DNA of 60,000 bases from Malacoraja senta (taxonomy: Eukaryota): contig CM075997.1 of the NCBI GenBank assembly GCA_038087875.1, positions 5,644,001 to 5,704,000 of the forward strand, written 5' to 3'. Below are positions 1 to 12,519 of the stretch, piece by piece. Position 1 is the first letter of the stretch, and every line of letters starts with the position of its first letter. The notes beneath the pieces were generated by a model that was not told where the DNA came from, did not search any database, and was given only the letters and a program-made list of their open reading frames with translations. Position numbers and translations under genes: made by a program.

Positions 1-969
1 AACAAAGAAACAACATTGGCCACTCTCTAGTTCTGGGTGGCATTTTAATTCCCCTAGTAATTTATTGCTCATTTACATCATTTCTAACAATGGAAAGACA
101 TTTAAAACTCTTAAAAAGCTGAAGCTTGATTGTCAAAGCCAAGGGAAACTTGCATAATATATATATTCATTCATAGAAACTATGTATATTTGCATATGTC
201 CAAGTGACAACTTTCCAATTTGGTTCTCTTGGCATACCACTTCACACATAATTCCATTGTTATAACAGTAACAACCATAGTGATGGAAGACTGCTCCCTC
301 TCAGAAGTATGGCAGCAGACAACAATAGTGATCAACTACCTGATTCTGGATGGGTCTGCTGATGACTACATACTCTTGAGATGATGTATGTTTCGTGTTC
401 TTCTTCTATGTCTGTATAAAACTTGAGAGTCTACAAGGTACAACAGAAGTCTTTATTACATTAATTCAATGCTGGCAGCAAGACAACTAAAAATGGCTGC
501 AACCACACGATCTGACTGCACACTCACACTGTGTACAGACCAAAGATCATAGAGCGGAGCAAGATGGTCCACTCCTGCAAAATCCAAAGGACTAACGTGT
601 AGTACAGAACGGGGCGGAACATCCGCCATTTTAGCAAACTCGACCTGACTTCCGTGGAATGTGTAATCAGCAAAGATCATAGAGTGGAGTCGGGTCGGGT
701 TAGTTTTTTTATTTGAAAATAGAAATTAGGAAAACTATCAAGGGAATGATTTGGTATGGTAATTGAAAAGTTTCTGAAATACTAACTTAGAATGGAATCA
801 GAGTATGCAACCATTGTCATTTTTGTGGAGGATGGACGAGAGCTTTGGCTTACAGCCCAGGATGGAATTAATGTTATCAAATGTTTGCTTGCTGTCAGAG
901 CAATATTTCAATGTCCTGCATTATCTGCAATTCTACCATTAAAAGTGGCATGAAGGAGAGGGCAATGCT

Positions 970-1253
970 TAGGAAGGAACTGCAGATTCTGGTTTAAACT
1001 GAAGATAGACGCAGAATGCTAGAGTAGCTCAGCGGGACAGGCGGCATCTCTGGAGAGAAGGAATGGGTGATGTTTTGGTTCGAGACCCTTCTTCAGACTG
1101 AAAGTCCCTTTCCCGTGACTTTCAGTCTGAAGAAGGGTCTCGACCAGAAACGTTACCCATTCCTTCTCTCCAGAGATGCTGCCTGTCCCACTGAGTTACT
1201 CCAGCATTTTGTGTCTATCTTCAGTTTAAACCAGCATCTGCAGTTCCTTCCTA
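970..1253. mobile_element. Fold-back (inverted) Penelope-terminus-derived element
   Basis: ~137-bp arms (970-1106 / 1117-1253) around a 10-nt loop. The arms match the 3' terminal region of the Penelope at 40706-40833. Hammerhead-like core starts at 1127. Confidence 0.8.
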
Positions 1254-2366
1254 TACACACACATCAGTCTGTCCAGTCGAGGGTACAATTGGCGATCTAC
1301 ATACAACAGCGAGTGTTCAAGCAAAGATCATAGAGTGGAGCTGATCTTTGTTATCAAGGATGATTAATGCACCCGGCTCCAGTTTATGTTCTTAACCTCA
1401 TCCCGCGTTGAAACCGATCCTGGGGTGTATTAATCACCGGTAAATACACGCCTCATTCCGCTCTTTTCATTACTTGTATGACAGTTTCTAAAATCGGCGA
1501 ACACAATGCTTCGGGGCCCGTTTGAATGGGTGAAAAATACAGCGATTGCGAATCTCGCTGCAATTAACCCAGTAGAGTTATTTTCTTTACTCGTTTCAAT
1601 GCGCGTAAAAGCAAATGACAATACAACATGAAGATTCCTTGTCACAAACAACCAAAAAAGCTTGTAATGATTAGCATTTTATTAACATTTCGCCTTTTCA
1701 TTTTGGATCAAATAAATAAAAGTGATGGACGTTTACACGGAATTCGATTTTTTTTAAAATTATGTGTAGCATTTTGGAGATTTGTAGAGAAATGGAACAC
1801 TTAATGTTGAGGCACCGTTACTGTAATCCGATGGTTAAAATGCCTGCGTTTTAAAATCCAAATATTTCTTTGCTGTAAAATAAATAGTTACACATGGTCA
1901 TAGCTGGTAACCCTATATGCTGCTAATTGGTATTCATATATATATATTTTTTAAACCGCGTAAATGATAAATTGCAGGAACAACGTGTTTTTAAAAGAGT
2001 TTACTTCAGTTGCGGTTAGTTAACGTGTAAACCATTTGAAATAGAAACCAATTATATTTTCCCAAAACAAGAATGGAGGAAAAATGTCCTGAGTGCATAA
2101 ATTCCTAATTCACAATCAAGAAACTGCATCAAGAAACATAATTTGATTTTAGACTCCCAATACGATCCATTAGGAACCGCGACAGTTCTGCGTGCGGCAC
2201 GCATTTGGGCAAATGAAATGCATTGGCCAAATGCACAGTGTTCTGCATTGCAACAACTTCATACATATTGAGCTAGGAGCTGAAGCTAGCGTCTTCAGTT
2301 TTAGAGCACGACACAATTATAGGTAATCAAAAGAAAAATAATTAACTTTATCTAACACCTGGGTGA

Positions 2367-2472
2367 GAAGGGTCTCGACCTGAAACATCACCCATTCACT
2401 CTCTCCAGAGATGCTGCCTGGCCTGAACCACTGCGTTACTCCAGCTTTTTGTGTCTATCTTCGGTGTAAACC
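2367..2472 (+). mobile_element. Penelope-terminus-derived short fragment
   Basis: GAAGGGTCTCGACCTGAAACATCACCCATT...CCAGAGATGCTGCC...TTACTCCAGC; same family as 1117-1253. Confidence 0.7.
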
Positions 2473-2879
2473 AGAGATCATACAGCAGAGCAAGATAGTC
2501 CACTCCAAAGATCATAGAACAGACGCCATGACCAAAGATCATAGATTGGAGCGGAGACGGAAGCAGGTTACGGAAATGGCGCTGAGGATTACCCATGACC
2601 TACTACGAGATAACTATGTACAAAACATCTCCCTTTGTCCTGTGCAGTGCCACCTGCTGCACGGGAGGAGCAATGGGACCTCCCACCCCACACGGTCCAC
2701 CAAACATCACACTATGGAAGGTGGTTGTAGAACACATGCAAGGGCATTGTTGCAAAATGGGTGGTTCAAACAGACACACTGTCTCCCTGATCCCCTGGCA
2801 GTCTCGCTCGACTTCAATTGGTTAGCAATCTGGTGCAGGCAAATCACACTTTTGCATAAATGCCTGCAGATAGACTCCA

Positions 2880-3160
2880 ATATAATAATAATAATAATAA
2901 ATTTTATTTATGGGCGCCTTATACCAAAGTCTCAAGGATACCTTACAGAGTTTAACAAGTAAGAAACATATAGTCGGAGTAAAATAAGTTATAAAGACAT
3001 CACCAGTACACAAATTAAAGAGAATTCAATCCAAAGACAAAAATCAAAAACACAATATGAAGAGAGAGCAGCGGCAGCTAATCCGCGCCAGCGTCCACTC
3101 TCCCTTCCGACCGCCATCTTGGATACAGAGTAAAATAATCATTTACACACAAAAAAAATA
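2880..3160 (-). mobile_element. LINE (L2-like) 3' end fragment
   Basis: (AAT)n tract followed by TTTATTTATGGGCGCCTT...CTCAAGGATACCTTACAG, resembling a reverse-complemented L2 3' tail. Confidence 0.45.
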
Positions 3161-4170
3161 TGTGATCATGCCATTCCTGACAACTATCTATTATCAGGAC
3201 AGAAGTAGGAGCACTGAGTGGAACTGACTGAGACTCCAGAGGCACTTCACTGCCTCAATATAAGTTGAGAATACACAACATTAGCTGCTGCAGTAGACTA
3301 TATTGCCTGTATTGGAAGCAGCCGTTTTTGGAACTATTATATATCATGATTCACAAGAGCCCACTTTCAAGCTCTTGGCCCACATGGAATCAGACAATGG
3401 TAGAGGACAAAAATAAAGACATTTGGGCCACTGTGCCTGTACTGATTGATTGAAAGAGTTATTCAATTTGTCACTTCCAGGACGTAACTAAGTCCCATGA
3501 GAAAAAGTTAATCTTAAATCTGCTTTCACCATCCTTTCAGACAGGGGATTTTAAATTGTAACAGTTCGCCGTTACTCAGCACATCATATTCATAGATGCA
3601 AAAGCCAAACCAAACCTAAGCACAACATTAAGTAGATTTGATTACATAAATTTAGGCCACCATGTTTTGAACAGAGGGACTCGGTTAAAATTTAGCAAGT
3701 TTTAACCAATAATATTGAAAGTAATATGAAAAAGTGTACCACTTGGAAATCAATAAAACCATTAATACGTTTTAAAGCAAAACATATGCCCCTACCAGAG
3801 GTTGATTTTCTAATTAAATCATTGACTCATCAATGCTTTATTTATAAGCAATTCCAAACATTCTGCACAAAACTATTCAATCTATTTAATCTAGTACATC
3901 AAGATAGCATTTCTATAACTTTCTAACGTATGAAAGTTAGGTTAATATTTGAGGATTTACCTAGGTAACAAAACAGGCTGAACCATATTTTAACTTTTAT
4001 CACGAGGAAAATAGTAGTCAACAGGCAATCTGCAATGCCGATTTTATGCCAAAAGTTTTGAGATAAGGCGGGGAAACATTCATTCCAGTGCTCCGAAACA
4101 GATATCTGGAAATATGTAAATGAACTGTCAAAACGAATGAAAATTATTGTTAATTTAATATTCAGTAATA

Positions 4171-4732
4171 CAGTAAACCCTCACAATAATAGACCAGAGA
4201 GGAGGAGCGGGTTGGTGTCCGTAATTAGCTGATTTTCTGCTATAACCAAGTGAGGGGGTTGTAAAGTTTAACCCATGGGAAGAAACAGGGCGTTCAACAA
4301 ACGGGAATTCACAGGTAGGGGAGCCGCAGAGCCTCCAGCCCCGCACGCGAACACCTTGTATCTTCCCTACCTTGGGTTACACTCATCCCCCCTCAAGCAG
4401 AAAATTGGGCAATAACGGACACCAACAGGCTTTCACCCCCCTGGTCCATTATTGTGAGGTTTTACTGTGAGGACACTAAATATCAATTTACCAATTTTAA
4501 AAATTTGCTTTTTCAGTTTGTTTACGTATTTTTAAATGTCTGTTGCAGAGCACTGGAATGTTGTATCACTCCACCTTCACAATGCTCGCCCTCTCTGCTC
4601 CCACGACCGGAAGTTTGCATTATGCCAGCTCATTGGGTAACCTGGCGGAGTTGGAGGGCCATGCCACAGGAGCCTCGGTCCACTACAACCAAAACCTGTT
4701 ATATAGAGGTCCGTTATTGTGAGGGTTTACTT
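4171..4732. mobile_element. Tc1/mariner (pogo/Tigger-like) MITE
   Basis: TA|CAGTAAACCCTCACAATAA left TIR. Inverted copies end at 4467 (TTATTGTGAGGTTTTACTG) and 4732 (TTATTGTGAGGGTTTACTT|TA). Confidence 0.7.
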
Positions 4733-5259
4733 TATTCCATTGCCAAAGAGCTCAGAAAAAGAAATGTAAATTGTAGATTTCTTGGGGTAAATGTTTGCCT
4801 CTGCTGTGTGTACATGACGGCAGCTCAGGAAAGAAAAGTTGGCATGGAGGTTTCATTCTCTTAATAATGCCCACCTGTTTCTGTTCCTTTATTTGAACAG
4901 AAGGATTATCCTAGTGGGGTTTGTCAGGGGCACAATGTCCTTCTTGCCAGATTCTTCTTTTGTTCTGCTGCTCACTACAATGCCTTTGTGACTGATAAAG
5001 TCACAAACAATTAAAAATTGAGATTATTGAAGTAATATTGCAGGAATTTATAAGGGTATCTAACAAGGGCAGATGCATTCAGCATATCACATAAATGTTA
5101 AATCAGAGCTAATGGAATACTTGTTGAATAGAAAACTCCATTCACCATCAGAAAAGTAGACAACACATAGCCTAAAAGAGACAGCAGGAAACTGCATTGG
5201 CACTTAAAAGTGAAGGAACTCACAGTTATCCAGTGAAGGAGCAGTAACTGCCATGTATG

Positions 5260-6215
5260 TAGGGTTGCCAACATTCTCACTCCATAATTAGGGACAGAAG
5301 GTCATAATAAGGGACAAATTCCCGACGGCAATTCGTTGACCGACTCGGCCGTTTCTGGGTGAATGATGAGTTGGCCCAGGTGCTGGACTGCACACACAGC
5401 CCAGCCGGCGGGGCCAGCTGAGGGGTTTTGGCCCGAGCGACGTTGCGTACAAAGTCCGGCACCACATCCAACTCATGAACCGATGATCGGCCATGAGAAG
5501 GAGGGGTGGTGGTGGTGTCGGCGGTAAGCGAAGGTCTGAATGTCGGACAGCTGGCCGGTCTGCCGACCGACGGGGCCACGGACGAGGCGCTGCTGCTGCA
5601 CTCCATGGGCTGCACTACGTCGGGATGGGTGAGGCGGAGTCGGACGCGGTGCTCCAACCCGACTGTTGTAGCCATTTAGCTTAACTCAGTATGTTATAAT
5701 TAGAACCAGGTACCTTTAATTTTATCTGCCTATAATTATGTGGATGGGATTTATACGTAGTCTGGTGCGTGGTTCGTGGCTAGGATACTGGCGCAGACTT
5801 CCAAGTAGTTAGTTCAGTTTTGATGAAGATCGGGGGAGAGACATAGTTTTCGACCATGCAAGAGCATGATTGAAATGTACTTAAACAAGAGGAAGCTTTT
5901 ATGAATTATCTTACTGTTTGTACTACTACAATAAATAAACTATAAATCAAGAGTGTTTTTGGAAGATTTATCTTTCAATAGCATTGGATGTCTCGTGGAG
6001 GGCTCGTGGGTGCGTATAGATTACCTTCTCATCCACGGTCATCATTTAAAGTGACTATTGAGGGCTAAACCCTTGAGACGTTGTAAAAACTGTCACTATA
6101 CCGACAATCCCCTCGACCCGAGTAGTAACATGACAGGGGCGGTCCCTTATGGGACAAATCAATTTAGCCCAATATAAGGGGTGTACCGACTAATACGGGA
6201 CAGTTGGCAACCCTA
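5260..6215. mobile_element. Non-autonomous hAT DNA transposon
   Basis: TIRs TAGGGTTGCCAAC / GTTGGCAACCCTA, with a perfect 8-bp TSD CATGTATG (5252-5259, 6216-6223). Confidence 0.92.
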
Positions 6216-7699
6216 CATGTATGAGATGTCTACTTTGTACAGTCAATCCTTTTTATCTTTTGATTTGCGGTCCTAATTCTTGCAAGGTTGGTCCCAGGTT
6301 TTTAAACAATGGTTGTAGAAATAAAGTGATCAGTTTCCTGACCAAATGTAACAAGCAGTGCCATGCGGGGCAGTAGCAGAGAAGTCTTTTGTTTACACAG
6401 ATGTAGCTTGTGATTTTAATATGTGATCACTGTTTTGAAGTTTTAAGGGAAGCATTTGTTGGCTAATATCATTTCCTTTCAGGTATTTAAATGTGTTCAT
6501 TAAGGTGTTATAAATTTTAGAGCATTGAAGATTTTGTTTTGGTGATGCAATTGATACAAAGGAGAGTGCCTTGGTGGTTTCCCTGCATTTTGTTGCCTAT
6601 GAGAAGTCAGAGCGCCCATTTCTCTGATAACAAGGCTTAGCGTAGTCTTTAGTCACTCTTCACCCTGACCACTAACTGAATTTCCAGTTTACTGGATGCA
6701 AGGCAGGTGTCAGATGTTATGGGGAGAAGGCAGGAGAATGGGGCTAGGAGGGAGAGATAGATCAGCCATCATCGAATGGTGGAGTAGACTTGATGGGCTG
6801 AATGGCCTAAACCTACTCCTATTCTTTATGCCCTTAGGACCTTATGAAAACACACAAGAAACAAGGTGCAGAGTGTTAAAGCATAGTGCTCGACAGGCAA
6901 ACTACCTGTCTGCCTTTTTTTTAGGGGTGGTAGGTGAGTTTCTTTTCAAGGTGTGTCAAGGAATTTTCATCACCATGGCTCACATTGCAACATCATTCAG
7001 TCTAGTGTGTGGTCGCTTCAAGTATAATTCAACCAGCCGCTAATAACTACCATTGATAGCATCAACTAGAGTACAAGCTCATTGATTGTTGGTGAGAATT
7101 ACATTCCAAAAGTAAGTTGATCCAGAGATAATGATCAGATCCATATGCCATGCCAATTGGTGCAACAAAAATGTGAAGAAAATAACAGATAAATTAAAAT
7201 TAAGCCTTTTCTCCAAAAATTTAGAAGCTGATTAAAAGCCAAGCCCAAATATGAGCTGCTAAACATGTAAATGTAAATATATTATACATCCGGAGTTTAA
7301 AAATGAAATTACAAAAAAAAAGGTAAGTATGCATACCCTGGATAAAATGCATAAAATGATAAATATCACAACTTACAAATTACATTAACATTACTGCCTT
7401 AAATCTTCATTTGTAATTACTGCACTGACCCAGATTCCATCAAAAGGCTATTTATAGACCTCCTCAGAAACCACAAATCCATGCAGTTCCGGAATCTGTA
7501 GGTTGATCTGAAATGGTGGCATATTTGTTTGATAGAATTAATAGACGTGATTTTGATCCCTAATTGCATGACCGGCAGGTATTAAAAGCAACTATTTAAT
7601 TCCTATTAAATTAGGAATATTAGTACACTAAGAAGTTCCAAATAATAATTGTGCACTGAAATGTATCAGATGACATAAAGTGAGAGCACAGGCTTATGC

Positions 7700-8700
7700 A
7701 TGATAAGAAATAGAAGCAGGAGTAGGCCATCTGACCCGTCACACCTGCTCTGTTATTCAACATGATCATAGCTGTTCATTAAACTCTACAGAATTTTCCT
7801 GCACAATGCCATACTCCTTGATTTATTTAATACAGTATTTAAAAAGCCACGGCTCTCTTCAGTAACCAAGCCTCCATAGTCCCCTCAGGTCAAAAATCCC
7901 AAGGATTTACTTCTATAGATCAAGATTTAATTTTTTTCTCACATTTCTATCCTGATGTAGCTAACAAGTTAATTTGCAACTGCAATCCTTACTTCTAGCT
8001 ATTCCAGACAGGCTAAGCACCATCTTAAAGGCCCGAACGAATGTTGTACAGTTCAACAATGTCACCTCTCATTCTTCTACTCAGGAGAGTACAAGGCAAC
8101 TCTACTTAATGTCACCTCACATATTAAACCTACTACTCCAATAATCACTGTAAAATCACTGTCAAACTCCCTTCTTATGTAGGGAGATCATACATGTACA
8201 CTATATTCCAGTTTCACATGGGCCCTATATAACTGCACTAAGTCATCTACACTGATTCTCAAATCCTTTTGCAAGGTCAATCTACTATCTGCTTTTCCAC
8301 ATCTGTCAATTTTAAATGATTTGTCTAATAACACACACGTCCCTCTGAACAAAATCTTTAAATGGCTCCCTGTTAAAAGAAAATTATATGTATATTTTTC
8401 TACTAAATTGGATAACCCCACATTTTTCCATGTAATATTCCATCTGCCACATCCGTGCCCATTGAACGAAACCTAACCATATCCTATGAAGTCTCTGCAT
8501 CCACACAGCCCATTGAATCATGGAGAATCATTTGTGAATCATTGGTTACCAACCACAGATGCCTTCAGCTCTCCACTATTCACAACTTCTCAAACTGAGA
8601 AATCACCAGTATACCAAACCTCTTTCCAATCAATTTGCACCTGTTCGATCATTGGTAGTACATGACAATCCAATCCCAGGTGCTTTAAATTTTGTGTAAT
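7700..8700 (-). mobile_element. Old degraded CR1 LINE 3' fragment
   Basis: Begins with a CR1 3'UTR-like AGGAGTAGGCCAT...ATGATCAT and continues with degenerate RT-region similarity (GGATAACCCCACATTT). Confidence 0.6.
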
Positions 8701-8739
8701 GATCTCATCACATACCCCACTCAGTATGATTGGCAAAAT

Positions 8740-9216
8740 TTCTTCCTCAATAACCATCAGCACCTCAAGACTGTTTGCTCAGTCCCCTGCTCTACTCTCT
8801 CTATACCAATGAATGTGCAACCAGACACAGTTCCAACGCAACCTTTAAATTTGCCGATGATTGAATGATGCCAGAACAATCACCCTGCTCTTGAAATCAA
8901 GGAGCTGATTGCAGAAAGCAGAAAACTGGTTGCATCATGGCCTGGTTTGACAATTCCAGTGTACAAGAACAAAGGAGATTAGGGTGCCTAAATCTTTAGC
9001 TAATTAAGTTATTACATCGGATGGAAGTTGCATTCCAAATCTCGTTGTTCCTCTGTGCAATGACAATAAAGATATATTATTATTATCAAGAGAGTGGTAG
9101 ACATTGCTCGGTCTATCACAGGTACTGCAAATTGCTATGGACTGTCTTTGGTTAACTAAGGGCTTTAGTTTCTTTTGCACCTGTGGTGTTAATTTAATGA
9201 ATTAATGTTTTGATTA
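8740..9216 (+). mobile_element. Degraded Rex1/Babar-type LINE; 3' UTR resumes at 11322-11420 after the Helitron
   Basis: Encodes remnant motifs CLLSPLLYSLYTNEC...FKFADD, like the Rex1 copy at 23.7-24.9 kb. Confidence 0.6.
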
Positions 9217-9531
9217 TCTATATTACTAAAAGTCTGATCTTGACCACTTCCTGTTCTGTATAATGATTTTAGAAAAAACGCTGCCACTTACGGCTCTGAT
9301 TTTTGGCCATCTTACTCAGAGTCCCCCTCCGCTGCGCAGGACAAGAGGATTTTTCCCATCGATGAAAAATAAAAGAGTTATTAGTGTTTAATCAATGTTG
9401 AGATTCTCTCTCCTGAAGGCCACGCCCCTACCGGAGAGACTATAAAACCCGGAAGTGTTGAGTGCCTCAGTCAGTCTCTGCAAGATGGGGGAGCGAGAGG
9501 GTCACATCTCTCAGTCTGAGCTGTGAATAAC

Positions 9532-10140
9532 ATAACATAGAAACATGGAAAATAGGTGCAGGAGTAGGCCATTCGGCCCTTCGAGCCTGCACCGCCATTC
9601 AATATGATCATGGCTGATCATCCAATTCAGTATCCTGTATCTCCTTTCTCTCCATACCCCCTGATCCCTTTAGCCACAAGGGCCACATCTAACTCCCTCT
9701 TAAATATAGCCAATGAACTGGCCTCAACTATCTTCTGTGGCAGAGAATTCCAGAGATTCACCACTCTCTGTGTGAAAAATGTTTTCCTCATCTCGGTCCT
9801 AAAAGATTTCCCCCTTATCCTTAAACTGTGACCCCTTGTTCTGGACTTCCCCAACATCGGGAACAATCTTCCTGCATCTAGCCTGTCCAACCCCTTAAGA
9901 ATTTTGTACGTTTCTATAAGATCCCCCCTCAATCTTCTAAATTCTAGCGAGTACAAACCGAGCCTATCCAGTCTTTCTTCATATGAAATTCCTGACATCC
10001 CAGGAATCAGTCTGGTGAACCTTCTCTGTACTCCCTCTATGGCAAGAATGTCTTTCCTCAGATTAGGAGACCAAAACTGTACGCAGGTCTCACCAAGAAC
10101 CTGTACAACTGCAGTAGAACCTCCCTGCTCTTATACTCAA
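9532..10140 (-). mobile_element. CR1 LINE 3' fragment nested in the Helitron
   Basis: ORF 9627-9998 (YEERLDRLGLYSLEFRRLRGDLIETYKI) is the CR1 ORF2 C-terminus; CATAGAAA-type tail. Confidence 0.92.
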
Positions 10141-10209
10141 CACTGAACACATGTCTACTAAACTGTGAGTGGTTTTACTGACCTGTCAGTGTCAATGTGG
10201 TTTGAAAAT

Positions 10210-10592
10210 ATAGTTTGTAAATGCTAAAGCTGTGTTGCCTTCTGTTTGGAAATGCTAAAGCTGCGATGCCTTTGGTTTGGAAATGCTAAAGCTGTGTTGC
10301 CTTTGGTTTGGAAATTCTAAAGCTGTGTTTCGTTTGGTTTGGAAATGCTAAAGCCGTGTTGCCTAATTAAAGTTGCCTTGCTTAATTAAAGTTGCCTTGC
10401 TTAATTAAAGTTGCCTTGCCTAATTAAAGTTGCCTTGCCTAATTAAAGTTGCCTTGCCTAATTAAAGTTGCCTTGCCTAATTAAAGTTGCCTTGCCTAAT
10501 TAAAGTTGCCTTGCCTAATTAAAGTTGCCTTGCCTAATTAAAGTTGCCTTGCCTAATTAAAGTTGCCTTGCTTAATTAAAGTTGCCTTGCCT
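10210..10592. repeat. Helitron-internal tandem repeats (~31-bp unit, then 19-bp unit CCTAATTAAAGTTGCCTTG x ~12)
   Basis: Directly visible arrays at 10210-10361 and 10362-10592. Confidence 0.92.
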
Positions 10593-12519
10593 TCTACATA
10601 ATAAAAAGTCTAATCTTGACCACTTCCTGTTTGTGCTTTATATTGATTTTAGAAAAAACGCTACCACGTACAGCTGTGATGTTTGGCAATCTTACTCAGA
10701 GTCCCCCTCCGCTCATCAGGTGCTGAGAATTTTTCCCATTGATGAAAAATAAAAGAGTTATTAGTGTTTTAAAAATGTTGAGATTCTCTCTCCTGTCAAT
10801 CACGCCATGAAGGCCATGCCCCTTCTGGTGGGAAGGAGAGACTATAAAACCCAGAAGTGTGGGCGTGGCTCAGTCTCTGCAAGATGGAGGAGGGAGAGGT
10901 CACGACTCACTGTCTTTAGTGGCCTTGCACCCTGCTTGAAATGGTCTGAAACTGCACTTGAATTTGATGGCCGTGCACCCTGCTAGAAGTGATAAGAAAC
11001 TGCACTTGAATTTGGTGGCCTTGCACCCTGCTTGAAATGGAATTTCAAGGAATAGCCTTGTCAACTGCCAGCCCACCAGCGGTGAGTGAGTGAGCTGCCA
11101 GCACAACAGGCTTGAGTGACTGAGCCGCCAGCCCAAGAATCCATTTGGCCCACAGTATCCATACTAGCCCTCTGGAAACCAGTCCCTTCAGCCCACAACA
11201 CCCATACTAGCACTCCAGAAATCCCCCCCCACCGGCCACCAATATTGGAATTGGTGGAAAGGTGGAATATTGCGTTGGGGGACCAGCCCTCCCGTGTGAT
11301 GCTGGGTCCCACTTAGTCTAGTAATATATTATGTATGTGTATTGTGCTTACAGACCGGTTATGCTGCTGCAAGTCAGATTTTCATTGTTGGTATATATGA
11401 CAATTAAACACTCTTCACTTTTGATGACAAACTAATAATTTTCCTTCTTCTGAGATCAGGCTAAACAGTCTACTTCACCTTGCTTTCTCTCTTCTTCCTT
11501 TAAATAATGGGCTGATGTTCTAACTTGTGGCAACCATTGTAGAATCAATGGATTTTGGAAGATGACCATCAGTGCATTTACTATCCCCACCTCTAACACC
11601 ATTTGATGTAATTCATCGTCTTGGAGATTTATCAGGTTTCAGTACCATTAATTTCCCATATTATCTTTATCTTGATGTTGATTTCATTCAGTTCCAAAAT
11701 CTCTAGTTCCCCTCTGCTTTAAGGTTTTCTGTGTCTTCTTTGGATCGCACAAAAATAAAGTTAAACTCCTCTGCATTTCCTTATTTCACCTATCTGTCTG
11801 TAAGTGAGCAAATCTATTGCATTTAACCTATTTAAGGAAGCCCCTTCTGTCTCTCTTGTTTTATTGTTTTTTCTCTAGATTAGTCTTGTATTCTACTTTC
11901 TATTTCAGAACAAGCAATGCATTGTCCCTCCTTTGCTGACTTCTGTGATCCTCCCAGTCGTGGGGCTAAATAAAGGACTCACCAATCGCTGACCGCTTTC
12001 TCTCTCTTCTTGTTCTGATTTCAGGCTTTCCATTGTTCCAGGTTGAGAAGTCTGCAGAAGTGATTAGCAAAGCTATGAAGATTTTTTTTCATGCATTGCC
12101 ACTGCATTAGGAAGGCAGATGGCTTGAAGGAAGACTCTAGCAGTATTGGATCAAGAAGACAACATAAAGCATGGATTGTTCAAAACAAGCTGTTTGGCTG
12201 ATAATCAAGAGAATGGCAATGAGAAGGAAATATGAGGAATGCTGTCTTCCTGTAAATGCTTCTTCACCAAACTGATGCCATTCACTTGGAGAAACACTTC
12301 AGTAATCCCAGTAACTCAATATGCTTGGAGAAATTTGTCTGGGCTGTTATCATCTGTACCACCAACAAAGACAAAGGGAGCTGGCACACAAGATTACTGA
12401 TTCCCCTCCAAGTCACACATCATTCCGACTTCATCGTTGCTGGGTCTAAAGCCTGTTATTTTCTACCCAACAGCATAAGGGGACTATGTCCACCAGCAGA
12501 ATTGCACAGGTTCAAGAGA

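Larger units (their letters stand above)
9217..11321 (+). mobile_element. Non-autonomous Helitron
   Basis: 5' A|TCTATATTACTAAAAG and 3' GGGTCCCACTTAGTCTAG|T. Inserted between A and T with no TSD. Internal minisatellites; 3' end shared with 23345-23431. Confidence 0.82.

Noticed and set aside
970..1253. Interpretation of the hairpins as pre-miRNA genes or classical MITEs
   Set aside because: The arms are homologous to the Penelope 3' terminus and sister copies have variable 10-14 bp TSDs.
2411..2962. 183-aa ORF
   Set aside because: Runs across unrelated repeat fragments and a microsatellite; no recognisable protein.
10362..10592. Regular array superficially like CRISPR
   Set aside because: Head-to-tail 19-mers with no spacers, in a eukaryotic Helitron.
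12000..12255. Pyrimidine tract plus AG suggesting an upstream exon
   Set aside because: No convincing reading frame or homology; cannot be supported without transcripts.
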